DNA of 64,000 nt, from assembly GCF_006345805.1 (NCBI RefSeq), contig NC_043009.1, forward strand, positions 18,910,001 through 18,974,000, written 5' to 3'. Shown piece after piece: positions 49,321-61,970 of the stretch. This stretch comes from Octopus sinensis (lineage: Eukaryota). The notes below the pieces were generated by a model. That model saw nothing but the letters and a program-made list of their open reading frames with translations, searched no databases and was not told where the DNA came from. Position numbers and translations under genes: made by a program. Position 1 is the stretch's first letter. Every line of letters starts with the position of its first letter.

Positions 49321-49365
49321 ATTCTTTTTTTCTTTCTTTTTTTTTAAATCTTTCAGAGATTCTCC

Positions 49366-49735
49366 AGGTGCAAGAGTGGCTGTGTGGTACGTAACTTGCT
49401 TACCAATCACATGGGTCCGGGTTCAGTCCCACTGCATGACACCTTGGGCAAGTGTCTTCTACTATAGCCTCAGGCCAACCTAAGCCTTATGAGTGGATTT
49501 GGTAGACAGAAACTGAAAGAAGCCCGTCGTGTATATATATATACACACAGAGATGTGTGTAAGTGTAGGTTTGCGTGTCTGTTTACGTCCTCGTAACTTA
49601 GCGATTCGGCAAAAAGACCGATACAATAAGTACTACGCTTACAAAGGATGAGTCCTGGGGTCGATTTGTTCGACTAAAGGCGGTACTCTAGCATGGCCGC
49701 AGTCAAATGACTGAAACAAATAAAAGAGTAAAAAT
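49366..49735 (+). mobile_element. tRNA-derived SINE (family B)
   Basis: Homologous to 17051-17428. Confidence 0.9.
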
Positions 49736-49919
49736 AAGGAATATAGTTTTGCTACGAAGATGACTGCACACGCCAAATGTTTAAGAATATATGTTAAAGA
49801 TAACAAAAAAATAGTCAAATAACGGAAGAATAATGATCGAACTACATAATATAAACACACCGTGGAGCCACTTTGCACCTGAGCAACTGTATACAATAAT
49901 TTCATTAGATTATATTTAA

Positions 49920-50547
49920 GAAGAGTGGTCCCGGTGCGTGTACTCGCGTACTTGCACATCCGCGCTTGCTAGTCGTGACTAGTCCATCCTACAACGCCTA
50001 CCTAGCGCGAGTGCGCGTATGAAAATTAATAGATGGTTTCTTTTAAACAAAATAATTTTTTACACAAAGTAAACAATTTTAAAAAAAAAAGTAAATAAAG
50101 CACAAAAACACAAAGTAAATATTTTTTAAAAACAAAGTAAATAAATAATTTTTTTCTAAACAAACTAAATAAATTCGGAGTGCGTCCAATGGGATTACTG
50201 AAATAGATGTGAAACCAAAACGCACCCATTTCAAGGTGAACCATTCCGAAAATTTTGTCGCTCCTTTAACAAATGTTCATACAAATTCGGTTGAAAGTTA
50301 TTAGAAGAACGTAAAACGACGTTTTAAGAGGATGATGGCGATCACCCAAAACAGGTAGGGTGTTATTTTTTATTTAATTTTTTAGAAAAAAAATTATTAT
50401 TTACTTTGTGTTTTATTTACTTTGTTTAAAAAATTATTTACTTGGTGTTTTACACTAAGTAAATAATTTTATTTACGCTAGGTAGTCGTTATAGGATCGA
50501 CTAGTCAGGACTAGCTAGCGCGAGTACGCGCACCGGGACCGCTCTTC
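49920..50547. mobile_element. MITE with long TIRs and TTAA flanks (Kolobok-like)
   Basis: TTAA|GAAGAGTGGTCCCGGTGCG ... CGCACCGGGACCGCTCTTC|TTAA. Internal A-rich and T-rich arms are also complementary. Confidence 0.7.
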
Positions 50548-50759
50548 TTAAATAGTACCATTATATTAATGATAAGAGACCTGCAACACTTCAGATTAAA
50601 TTGAAATCTAACATTAATTTAGAATTCATAAAGTTGAAATAGAAAATAACTAAATGTAACTCTTAACGTTTTCAGTGTAACGAGCGAATACTTTTAAAGA
50701 CAAAAACCAAAACAAAATAGACCATAGTTAATTACCTGTGAATAGCAGGAGAATTGATA

Positions 50760-51440
50760 GAAGAGCATTCATGTTGACACTAGCGACTGGCAATGGCGAA
50801 AACCAGAGATAAAGAGAAACAGTGAGAGGAGAAGCGGGAGAAAGCGAAAGAACTTTGTTCTCGGCTGATGGAAAGTTGTGCGATCACTAAACATTTGTGG
50901 CAGGCATAAAAGTGCATTGGAGAAAAGAGGCGGAGTCAAGAGATTATACGTATCGGTCACTTTAATATTACAGTGGAGAGACGATAACAGGCTAGCGAAG
51001 TTATCCGCGTGAGTGTTCGTAGGGAACAATGTAACAGGTTTCGCTTAACCGACAATTTATCGGTAAATATTTCGTAAAGGACCCGTTCACGGTTTTTTTT
51101 CCTTCTTTCATTTCCAGATTATTTCGACGAATCTCATATCTTCGCCATCTTGATGTTTTCACAGCAAATATCGGGTTGTCCTTTATCGTAGATAGTTGTT
51201 ACGTGGTAGCAGGGTGTGCTAGAGATAGCAGCCAAATCTTGTCTTTTCTGGAGAAAAAAAAAACCGTTTACGCGTGATTCTGTTGTCACATTCGTTGAAA
51301 GCATGCGAAATAACAAGGAAAAGAAAAAATCCCCGCGAAACAAAACTCCGTTGGTTGGAAACTTCGAGGTCTCCACCAACCTTCCCCCGTTTCTTTTCCG
51401 GAAAAAAGTGGCTTGCCGCGGGTTTAGAAGTCAGATACGC
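50760..51440 (+). promoter_or_regulatory. Possible promoter / 5' UTR region
   Basis: Non-repetitive and CpG-richer than its flanks. CGCCATCTT (YY1-type) motif at ~51143. Donor CCGC|gtgagt (51008) and a strong polypyrimidine acceptor tttccag (51117) define a 109-nt intron. Confidence 0.3.
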
Positions 51441-51446
51441 TGAATG

Positions 51447-52445
51447 TGCAAGGGTCTAGCTTGACCCTGCCTGAGATTTGAAACCAAATCCACCGGCTTG
51501 TTGCTTGTCAAAACGAGCGGGAAATCCTCCACACTAGATGATTGATGAGGCAACACTCCACCCCCTAAGACCTGTACTGGTCAAGGAAAGATCAGTCCTT
51601 TGTTTAAGGTTTGACCTACATTACTGACCATAGCCTATATAACAGAGAATTTTCTATCTCTTCCTCTTATGTGTCAGCTATAACCAAGGGGCAACACCGG
51701 CTCTTAGGTGTCAGCCAGACCAAAGAACAACACCCGCTTTTGCATCAGCCTTAACCAAGAGCAGCACTTTGCCCTTCGCTCGACATGCGAAGAGAAGCTT
51801 TCGGCCGTAAGAAAGGCAATACCGCCTTTATCCTTTCTTCCTTTCTAGTCAGCACCTTGACTACCTTACTCTTTTCCTCTCTACTGACAGACAACCTTTT
51901 TCTACAGATCAACTACTAACCAGCGAGTCGTTCTTGTCGCCACTATCACTAGATGTGCTACTGTCTCTGTAACAACCTGTCGGGTAAATGAATGAACATA
52001 TGTAAATAACATTTCTTCCTTCTTCGTGTTAATTCTTCGATGTACACTCGTTACTCCGACGCGAGAACATTGAAGCATTACATCTATACGCTACATTTAG
52101 TAGTGGTCTACATTGTATCAAATTGATATGGCACACCACAACCAGCCCGCTACATTTGGAAAGCTTCTCTTCGCATGTCGAGCAAAGGGCAAAAGGAAGT
52201 GCTGCTCTTGGCAAAAGCGGGCATTGCTTCTTGGGTCATAGCTGACATATAAGAGAAAAAGATAGAAAATGCTCTCTGTTATAGAGGCTATGGTCAGTAA
52301 TGTAGGTCAAACTTTAAACAAAGGACTGACCTTTCCTTGACCAGTACAGCTTCTAGGGGGTGGGGTATTTCCCGCTCCTTTTGACAAGCAACAAGCCTGT
52401 GGATTTGGTTTCAAATCTCAGGCAGGGTCAACCTAGACCCTTACA
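51447..52445. mobile_element. LTR-like sequence with an inverted partial copy
   Basis: Arms 51447-51802 and 52159-52445 are diverged inverted copies. Outer ends TG and CA. TATA-like cctatataa in the left arm. Confidence 0.65.
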
Positions 52446-52734
52446 CTACTCCCCCGCTAGTGAATTTCTTAACAAAGAAACGAACGACCTACATTTTAAG
52501 ACAATAACGTTCAATTGTAAAAAGTCTTTTGTTGTTGGTGAATGTGATGCAAGGCTGAGAAAAATTGTGCATATCAGGAGAGACTCTTGACATGGTATAC
52601 GGGACACATATCTATTCATGTGTATCTGAATAGCAGTGTCGCTTTGCTTATGCAGAATGTGCCAGTCTGAGGCAGAGTGCACGACTGAGGCAGAGTGAAC
52701 GAGTGTGTGCATGAGTGCAGAATGTGCCTGTTGT

Positions 52735-52970
52735 GCATATGTCTGTGTTTGTTCCCCCACCATCCTTGGCAACCGATGTGGGTGTGTTTAGGTCCCCATA
52801 ACTAAGCAGTTCAGCAAAAGGAACTGATAGAGTAAGAACTAGGCTTACAATGAATAAGTCCAGGGGTTGATTTCTTGAACTAAAACCTCTTAAGGTGGTG
52901 CTCCAGCATGGCCAGAGTCAAATGACTGAAATGAAATGTAAAAGAATAAAAGAAAAGAGTAAAAGATTGC
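52735..52970 (+). mobile_element. SINE family B, 3' half
   Basis: tgtttgttccccc...gcagttcagcaaaag...ggtgctccagcatggcc...gtcaaatgactgaaa. Confidence 0.8.
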
Positions 52971-53219
52971 AATCTTGAAAAGAATCTTTTTCAAAATTTC
53001 AATTTTCTTTAAACTGCATCCTCCCTGGCTTTTGATTTTTCTGAGGAAAATAATGATGAATTTTTAATTGTCACTGCTATATCTTCTTTCGGATTGTGAT
53101 GGGACAATAAAACAACTCATTGGAGTATTTTCTTGGCTTGTTTATAACCGTATATAATGGAGTGATACACATTATGTGTATTCGCTTTATTCACAGTTCA
53201 TACTGTCTACTAAATCATC

Positions 53220-53620
53220 ATTATCATCATCATCGTTAAACATCCACTCACCATGCTAGCATAGGTTGGACGGTTCAACTGGTGTCTGGGAAACCAGAAG
53301 GCTGCACCAGGCCCAGTCTGATCTGGTAGTGTTTCTACAGCTGGATGCCCTTCCTAACGCCAACCACTCTGTGAGTGTAGTGGGTGCTTTTTACGTGCCT
53401 CTGGCACGGAAGCCGGACGAGGCTGGCAATGGCCACGATCGGATCGTGCTTTTTACGTGCCACTGGCATGGAGGCCTTTCAGGGCGGCGGTGACAACGGC
53501 CATGTTCGGATGGTTCTCTTACATGCCACCGGCACTGGTATCACAGCTACAATTTCTGTTGATGTTGATCGATTTTGATTTTGATTTTCACTTGCCTCAG
53601 CTTGTGTATAGGCACTGTAG
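53220..53620 (-). mobile_element. RTE family 3' UTR-only copy
   Basis: Homologous to 36300-36800 and 44330-44760 (ggatgcccttcctaacgccaaccac). Confidence 0.88.
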
Positions 53621-55619
53621 AACTGCAGCACCCCCTATTTCTACTAAATAATTATCGATAACATTCAATATAATGTGTCCTTTTTTCTTTAATTCTTTCT
53701 TTATACTTGTACATTATATAATCCTTAAATTCATCTGAGGTCGACTTTGCCTTCATCCTTTCAGAGTAAATAAATTAAGTGCCAGCTGTGTACTGGGGTC
53801 GATCTAATTGACTGACTGCCTCCCCCAAAATTTTGGGCCTTGTGCCTAGAGTAGAAAAGATTATATAATCTTTGAGCTTAATGTCAATAGCCATCCCCTT
53901 GTTTATGAAAAAAATACAAAAATCCTTGTATAGAACTGTGTTTGGCTTTTGTGCACATGCTCATATGTCTGAGATAGGAAACTGCATGCTAGGGAGAGAG
54001 AGCAATGTGGTTCATGCAGTGCTGATCCTGGTGTGCTGATGAAAGGTAGTGTTTCTTTTTGACTCTGCGTGTGTTGTGCTTAAAGATGTATTTCGATTCT
54101 TGAATGTGATAAAGTGTAGAATTAGATTATTATCCTGGTTCCAGCTACAGTGTTGCTGCCAGGATTTGAAAAATAGGGCAGATTTTCATCCCCTTATGTT
54201 GTGATTTAGGGGGGATTTTTGAAAAACAAGGAGGAATTCCCAGTGGTGTTCAGTGAACAAATTAAACACACTACCCAGCAGTGGCTAAAGCATGAACTGA
54301 TCAAGTTTATGCATAAACTTTCTTTTTAAATGTTTGTTTCCTTTTACACAATATTAAAACAATGGCTAAAAAATTTTTGAAGCAGCACCGCCACTAATTT
54401 TATCGATGTATTTTTAAATTTTGCCAGTTCAATATAATGTATGGGAAAATTTAATGTCCTTTGACTCCAGAAATGTTCAACAATTAATTGCAAATCGTAT
54501 GTTTCAGTGCAGAATAGTGCATGCCGCCATTTTCAAAACTTTGATCCCAACTGACACATGTTTAATTTAAGGTTAATTGGGATGAAAAAAGTTGTTAAGA
54601 TTGTTTTTTCTAAGAATCAACAAACATTATGGCATTTATATTTAATGCTAATAATTGGTGGCTATCAACATTTGACAGATTATTTGCTTTTTTGATACAT
54701 GTAGCCAAAAACAAACATAAACCTACCACAGCTCAAAATATATTTCACATATGTGCATCTCCTTATCCCACACACACTCCCAAGAAACTCACACCCATCA
54801 TTGTGTGCTCATCTCGGTACTCATAACCTCAGATTCAGTTTGTTTTGAATGTATGGTAATTAAAAACATTTAAGAGCATCAGTTTTCAGTTGAAAAGTTC
54901 TCTTTTACTGGTAAAATAAAATAAGCCAACCAATGGCAGTGGGTTTAAATCCTGTGGCAAGTGGACATCACATGCATAAACAATTTTCAAAACTTGATCC
55001 TATTTGTATGTTGTCACTGTTTGTCCCAAAATAGCCTAGATGCTGAAACTGGTGTTGTGCAACAATGGGATATCTTTCTGCGCTCTTACATTTGCCAACC
55101 CAAATTCATCACTCTGTCATTAAAACACTTTCCTTCAAAACCATGTCAGTTACTTCCAGCACTCAACCAATTAACAAAGCTGCTGTATTGGCATTAATGT
55201 TATGGGGTTTATGCATTCTGGAGGTGAAACACACAATTTGTTTTATATCTTTTTGAAAGAGCTCAGATCTATGTTAACTATTTACCCAAATCATTGATCA
55301 AAACAGCCAAAAAATAAATCAGGATAAGACTTGAAATTTCTTGGGACTCTTTCAGTAAAACCACACAGATATGGATATCTTTAGAAGTGGCTCATCAAGC
55401 CACTACTTACAATATTCATATCTTTTTGGTTTTGTTGAAAAAATGTAAGAATTATCTTTGAAAAATGGACATATGCTAGTTTGACTTTCAGAGTGTTGTG
55501 ATTAACTGAATGTTATATATGTGAGGATAACTGCTGGCAGATCCTTATGCAGGTAGGCCTGTGTCCACATACAACACTAAAAATGAAAATCATGCTGCAG
55601 GCCTAACCAATTTCTTAAT

Positions 55620-56089
55620 CAGGATTCCTGCAGGTCCTTGAATTCCTTGAATGCCCTTGAATTTCAAAAGTAAAATTCCAGGCCTGGAAAATCCTTGAAA
55701 ATTATACAGACACACAGAAATCCTTGAAAAGTTTGGATTTTATATTTAAAAGTTTTATATTCAGTCCACTTCCTGTACTACAGAAGTAATATTGTTCTAC
55801 TTAAACTGTTAGTCTGAATTCATATTTGCAATGTTTCCACAGGCAACCAGCACTGGCATGGAAACATTGCTACACATTAATCAACAACTTGAGGAAATAG
55901 ATTAGGCGATATCTAAACAATTTGAGAACCTAAGTAGTGTAAATAGCTTTGTTTTATCAGAAGGATGTCCTTGGAAACCCTTGAATTTTTTGTGGAGTGG
56001 TCATGACAGTCCTTGAATCTAGCTTGAAAATACCTTTGGAAAGCCTTGAAAACCCCTGAATTTTCATTTTAAAAACCCACAGGAACATT
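55620..56089. mobile_element. Decayed MITE with CCTTGAA subterminal repeats (hAT-like CAGG terminus)
   Basis: Starts caggattcct, ends aggaacatt. About ten CCTTGAA or variant motifs cluster at both ends. Confidence 0.5.
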
Positions 56090-57691
56090 AATTGCCTTTT
56101 TGATGTTTGACAAAAAGCTATTATTCTATGTTTTGCTTTACATTTGAGTAAATATTTTATCCTTTGCTCATAGTGTATTGAAAATGACTGCGTTTTTTTT
56201 ATTTTGATTTGCAGTCATTGGACTGAAAATGGCCCTAGGCTGGGCATATGATGATATTAATATTCACTTTGAGTACTGTTTTAGCCAGACTGTGTGTGTG
56301 TGGAGTGGGGAGTGGTTGTACTAGCTTCGGTAGGTTCTGACATAAAACAGTAGTGAACATTTATGAATGGGAAGCTTTCAGTTTGTATCTGTCTTCAACT
56401 GTAGAGTTAGTCAAATCCAAGGAATTTATGCCAGTAGATTGTTGCCTTTGTGAATAATACATGAGTAAATGGATGTGAGTGCATTTGTTATCCTCACATT
56501 ACGAGCTACTTTTAAGTAACATAATTAATTAATTTCAGCGGCTGTTCGCAAGACTATGAAAAATGCAACAGAAGCAGAGTGACTCGAAAATGGACTGAAA
56601 TGGTGACAGAAATGGTGGCTGAAGGAGAAGAGAAATAAATTTGGACAAGAAAGCACTTGACAATGAATCTGCCACAGATCTCGGGTCTGCACTAATTGAA
56701 AATTAAGATAACCCATTCACAGATTACCTCAATTTTCTAAGGTAATCCATTTTAGCAATACACTGGTAACAATAAGCTGTATAACTTTGCATACATGGTT
56801 TTGTCTTCCATTCAAATTTCTCATTCACTGGGTTAGTAAGTAATACTCCTCTCTGTGGTTTCAAATACAATTTTATTGATGATATCTCTCGCATTTTATG
56901 TGTTTTTCCTATTTCTGCACATTGTAAGTATATTCATTTTTAACAAATCTCCCAAATTTCAAGTCATAAAATTGAGCCCTAAAATTACTCCTTATTTACC
57001 AGTTTTTTATGTGCAGATATGAATGATTGTTGAGCTTTGTCAAAATAGCCACAGCTGTATAAGTAACCTTAATATCAATTAAATGAATATCTTAGTTTTA
57101 CAGTGTATATTGGCCAGTATATTTTGTCTTTATTTTTATTAACTTTTAAATGTTGTGATTTACTTTCATTGTGTAAATAGCCATTTTTCAAAGTTTTAAT
57201 TTATAAAATAAATGAAGTTTGCAAAGAAAAATGAGTTGTTTATTAAAAATTTTTTTTCTGGCAATTTCTACATGATTTTTCAGATATTCCCATACACATG
57301 CCATGTAAACTGATGCTCATACACTTACTTCTTCAAAATAAATTTGATATTGTTTCTCTTTAGCAGTGGGTGGTCCAAATTGGCTATAAATTGAAACAAT
57401 ATTACATTTTTATTTTCAAACGTTGGGTGGGTGAGGCTGGAATCAGAGCAATTCATGCCAGGGATCTTGTGTAATGCTATGGAGAACATGAAGTGTGGCC
57501 AATGTCGAACCCAAATAAATGGCCACTCTCTCAATACTAGTGCAATTGATGAAGTATTACACTTCAAAATCAAGAGCCCTTCACAGTTCAGCTATTCACT
57601 TACTCATTTCCTTCGAATACCACAAGTGATCCTTCATCACCATTGTCATCATGTTCTACTGCTCCTAACTTTAACACAACTAAACAATTAT

Positions 57692-57980
57692 AGGTGTAAG
57701 AGTGGCTGTGTAGTAAGTAGCTTGCTTACCAACCACATGGTTCCGGGTTCAGTCCCACTGCGTAGTACCTTGGGCAAGTGTCTTCTACTATAGCCTCGGG
57801 CTAATCTAAGCCGTGCGAGTGGATTTGGTAGACAGAAACTAAAAGATGCCCATCATATATATGTGTGTGTGTGTGTATTTTTGTGTGTCTGTGTTTGGTC
57901 CCCCCAACATCGCTTGAGAACCGATGCTGGTGTGTTTACATCCCCATAACTTAACTGTTTGACAAAAGAGACCAATAGAA
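57692..57980 (+). mobile_element. tRNA-derived SINE (family B), 3'-truncated
   Basis: Homologous to 17051-17340. Confidence 0.88.
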
Positions 57981-57984
57981 TGTG

Positions 57985-58340
57985 GTCAATCCGACCACAT
58001 TTACTAACACTTTTGCCTGTACAACTGCTTGATAGACAACGTCCTCCCTTTTCACAAATATATAGTAGACTAGCAGAGAAACCCGGCCTTGCTCGGGATT
58101 AAAATAGTTTATTATTGTTTTACTTGTTTCGGTATTATAACCCAATTTCATTTGCGTCTACGCAGGCCACATTTTAAAAGATGAAGAATTTTGCCCTAGA
58201 AGTTGCCATGCAAACTCGCCAGCACTTTTAACAAAGGTGTGCAAAGTTTCAGCTCAATTCGACCACATTTACTAACAATTTTGCCTGCACAACTGCTTCT
58301 GAGACAGCATCCAACCTTTTCACAAATATATTCCAGAAAG
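57985..58340 (-). mobile_element. Non-autonomous Helitron plus partial tandem copy
   Basis: CTAG at 58070-58073 with hairpin cccggccttgctcggg. 57985-58066 repeats 58255-58340. Confidence 0.65.
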
Positions 58341-58574
58341 AGCAGTAAGATTTTGAAATTCTTCCTATAATAATATTGTATATGAAGTGAGATGTTTGAC
58401 TTGCCTTAATGTTTGATGCCTCATTTAACAATTCTATATCCGCTACATCAGAAACCTGCAATGGCTCCAGAACTACTGTCTCGGCAATAATCTTGGAGCC
58501 CCAGTAATCCGTTACAGCACTTACTTAGCGTACACAATCACCTGTGAACTAAACTTTATATATCTTTATATATA

Positions 58575-59839
58575 CGAGGAGCGTTCAATAAGTAATGCCC
58601 CTAAACCCACTTGCAGTTGTTTGATCTAGCTGAAATATTATTTATATCTCTATAGATTAAGTGGCAAATTACAGCTCTAAACTAATTGTGGTTTCTGAGT
58701 TACAGGTGTTTGAACTGAGTCAAGTGTGAAATGGAGCCTGTTGAGTGTCGAGCAGTGATCCGGTTTTTGTATTTGAAAGGACGCACACCACGGGAGACTT
58801 TTGATGAAATGAAAGTAACTTATGGTGATGATGCCCCATCATATGACCTTGTAAAACGCTGGCATCGTGAATTCAAACATGGTCGGAACTCTGTGGAAAC
58901 AGCTCCCAGATCTAGTTGCCCCCCCCTTCTGCCATTGATGAGGCATCTCTCCGTCAAGTTGAGGCTGCCATTTTGGAAGATCGACGCATAACTATTCGCC
59001 AAATAGCCCATGAAGTCAAGATTAGTACCGGGTCTGTGGAAACTATCATTCATGATCATTTGCATATGCAAACGGTGTCTGCCAGATGGATTCCCAGGCT
59101 GCTCACACCTTTCCAGAAGCAAGAATGCGTCGAGTGCTCGAGGATGAATTTGGAGATGTGCCAAGAAGATGAGTCAAAATTTTTCAAAAGACTGATTACA
59201 CAGGATGAAACCTGGGTCCATCACTATGATCCAGAGACCAAAGCCCAGTCAATGCAGTGGAAGCACCGTGACTCACCTCCTCTAAAGAAGGCAAGGGTGC
59301 AGCGCTCCGCTGGTAAGGTCATGCTCACAGTCTTCTGGGACCAGGACGGAGTAGTGATAACAGATTTCCTGGCAAAGGGTACCACAATTACAGGAGCCTA
59401 TTATGCTTCACTTTTGAGGAAATTAAGAGAAGCTATCAAAATCAAGAGGTGAGGCAAGATCAGCAAAGCATCCTCCTCCTGCAGGACAACGCTCCGGTCC
59501 ACAACTCACGTGTCGCCAGATCAGAAGCACAGGCGTGCGGCTATGAACTCCTCCTGACCTTGCACTCTCTGATTTTCACCTCTTCCCAGCCATGAAGTTG
59601 TTTTTGAAAGGAAAGCATTTCCCAGATGATGCAGCCTTGATTTCTGAAGTCACGTTGTGGTTGGAGGACCAAGCTGGGGGTCTTCTACAAAAACGGTCTC
59701 CAGAGCTGCATCAAACGATGGAAGAAATGCGTAACTCTGGGTTCTTCCTATGTAGAAAAAGACTAATAACTGTGCCAAGTTTCGTTGCTCTACTGCTATG
59801 GGAAGTGGGTCAGGGGCATTACTTATTGAACGCCCTTCG
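58575..59839 (+). mobile_element. Full-length mariner (DD34D-type) transposon, inactive
   Basis: TA target duplication, ~37-bp TIRs (cgaggagcgttcaataagtaatgcccc / cgaagggcgttcaataagtaatgcccc). Transposase 58731-59766 with WIPRLL, TQDETW, QDNA and SDFHLF; it has frameshifts, one stop and a deletion in the YSPDL region. Confidence 0.95.
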
Positions 59840-60069
59840 TATATTAGAAAAAATAAGGTACTCAGAAATCTGGATGGTTGTACATTTACAGGTTTATATT
59901 AATATGTCACATGTTTTTATAAATCATATATTAGCGCTTGCATCCACTCTAGTAGATTCTTCAGATTTGAATTTGTTTGAGAGGATTCGTCTCTTTTTAT
60001 AGTATTATTGAGTATGTAGGGGTGGAGAGAGATATAGGATAGTAAAATAGGGTGAGGAATGGGGAGAAA

Positions 60070-60535
60070 GTGAGAGAGAGTGTGTGTGTGTGTGTTTTGT
60101 GTCTGTGTATCTGAAAGGAGTGTCAATGGAAAAGAGAAGGAAGAGATAAAGAAGAAAATGTATTTACATCTATATAGCTGGTCACTTCTTTCAATAGAAA
60201 GTGATGAGTTGATTCTTGGCCTTTAAAAATGGCAAAACCAGGTGGCTACTCGAAGGGGGTGTCTTGTTTTGATAAAAGTTATTTTTCAAAAATTTGTCTG
60301 GATTTATTATCATCGTCATCATTAACCAGTGAGAGAGAGAGAGAGAGAGAATGTATGTTTTGTATGTGTGTGTGTCTGTGTATCTGAAAGGAGTGTCAAT
60401 GAAAAAGAGAAGGAAAAATTGTGTTTACATCTATACAGCTGGTCAGTTCTTTCAATAGAAGATGACAAGTTGGTTATTAAAAGTTATTTTTCAAAAACTT
60501 GTCTGGATTTATCATCATCATCATTTTTGTCCAAT
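60070..60535. repeat. Diverged tandem duplication (~260 bp and ~200 bp)
   Basis: gtctgtgtatctgaaaggagtgtcaatg...aaaagttatttttcaaaaa...tgtctggattta occurs twice. Confidence 0.85.
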
Positions 60536-60819
60536 GTTTGATTCCTCGTGCTGGTATGGGATGGCAAATCTGGATGTAAGATTGTTTCTATTTATGTATA
60601 TGCACATATGTATAGTACTGTGTGTGTGTGTTTAATACAAAATTACAGTTTACTTTACAAAATTGGTCCTTCATCCAGTACAAATCATTACAGAAATAGT
60701 GATATTTCACCAGTCACAGCTATATGTGTGTGCGCGCGCGCGCGTGTGTGTGACCGCGTGTGTACCGTTGGCGATTTTCTTTCTCCGCCTTCTCTTCCTT
60801 GGACCTTTCCTTTTTCTAT

Positions 60820-60854
60820 GTTTCTGACGAAGAGCTCCGCTCGAAACGTTAAAT
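60820..60854 (+). ncRNA. Minimal type I hammerhead-like motif
   Basis: guuu CUGACGA a gagc-ucc-gcuc GAAA CGUU aaau. Stem III is reduced to the palindrome AACGUU. Confidence 0.55.
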
Positions 60855-60945
60855 CCTTCTTTCTTTCCTTTCCTGAGCGTCCAATAACACTATACTTGTT
60901 CCACGTCCTCGCGTTCCTGTTTTTTCTCTTTGTTCATGTTTAGAT

Positions 60946-60991
<46 letters not shown>

Positions 60992-60994
60992 ATA

Positions 60995-61250
60995 TGAAAG
61001 AATGGAGTTGAACGACTAGTTAACAAATATCCTTTATTCTCGACATATGTTTCGAAGGCTGCATATTCCTAATTCCGAAGGAATAAGGAGTACATTATGC
61101 AGAAAATAAACATACAAATTTTCGCACGAAGACACGTAGTCTATGCCCTAGGGACGTAGCTTCAACCGTGTTCTTTCTACCCAGGTGTCGGTTATCTTTC
61201 GAATTATCCTTAATAAGATAATTCATTCAATTACTCAAATATATATATAT
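60995..61250. mobile_element. Second copy of the 31.4-31.9 kb Penelope-associated repeat
   Basis: Shares gaaagaatggagt(t/c)gaacgac, gacatatgtttcgaaggctgcatattcc and gtagcttcaaccgtg. The CUGAUGA half is deleted. Confidence 0.7.
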
Positions 61251-61261
61251 ATATATATATG

Positions 61262-61635
61262 GAATGGAAGCACTCCGTCGGTTACGACGACGAGGGTTCC
61301 GGTTGATCCGAATCAACGGAACAGCCTGCTCGTGAAATTAACGTGTAAGTGGCTGACACTCCACAGACACGTGCACCCTTTACGTAGTTCTCGGAGATAT
61401 TCAGCGTGTCACAGAGAGTGACAAGGCCGGCCCTTTGAAATACAGGTACAACAGAAACAGGAAGTAAGAGTGAGAGAAAGTTGTGGTGAAAGAGTACAGC
61501 AGGGATCACAACCATCCCCTGCCGGAGCCTCGTGGAACTTTTTAGGTGTTTTCGCTCAATAAACACTCACAACGCCCGGTCTGGGAATCCTATGACCGCG
61601 AGTCCGCTGCCCTAACCACTGGGCCATTGCGCCTC

Positions 61636-61638
<3 letters not shown>
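61262..61638 (-). mobile_element. tRNA(Arg)-like-headed SINE (fourth family)
   Basis: Minus head ggaggcgcaatggcccagtggttagggcagcggactcgcggtc, with a deletion in the T-arm. Confidence 0.8.
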
Positions 61639-61689
<51 letters not shown>

Positions 61690-61691
61690 TA

Positions 61692-61736
<45 letters not shown>

Positions 61737-61738
61737 AT

Positions 61739-61790
<52 letters not shown>

Positions 61791-61905
61791 GTATAATATA
61801 TATATAATATATATATATAATAATATATATATATATATATATATAATATATATATATATATTAATATATATATATATATATATAATATATATATAATATA
61901 TATAT

Positions 61906-61955
<50 letters not shown>

Positions 61956-61970
61956 TATAATATTATATAT
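61639..61970. repeat. Long (TA)n/TAA array
   Basis: Read directly from sequence. Confidence 0.95.

Noticed and set aside
56525-56640. AVRKTMKNATEAE* after an acceptor, faintly like a BEN/DUF4806 C-terminus
   Set aside because: Too short, has in-frame stops, and there is no supporting upstream exon.
1999-61638. tRNA-like heads at 1999, 6955, 17051, 36042, 49366, 57692 and 61638 as tRNA genes
   Set aside because: None forms a full cloverleaf, and each continues into a shared SINE body.
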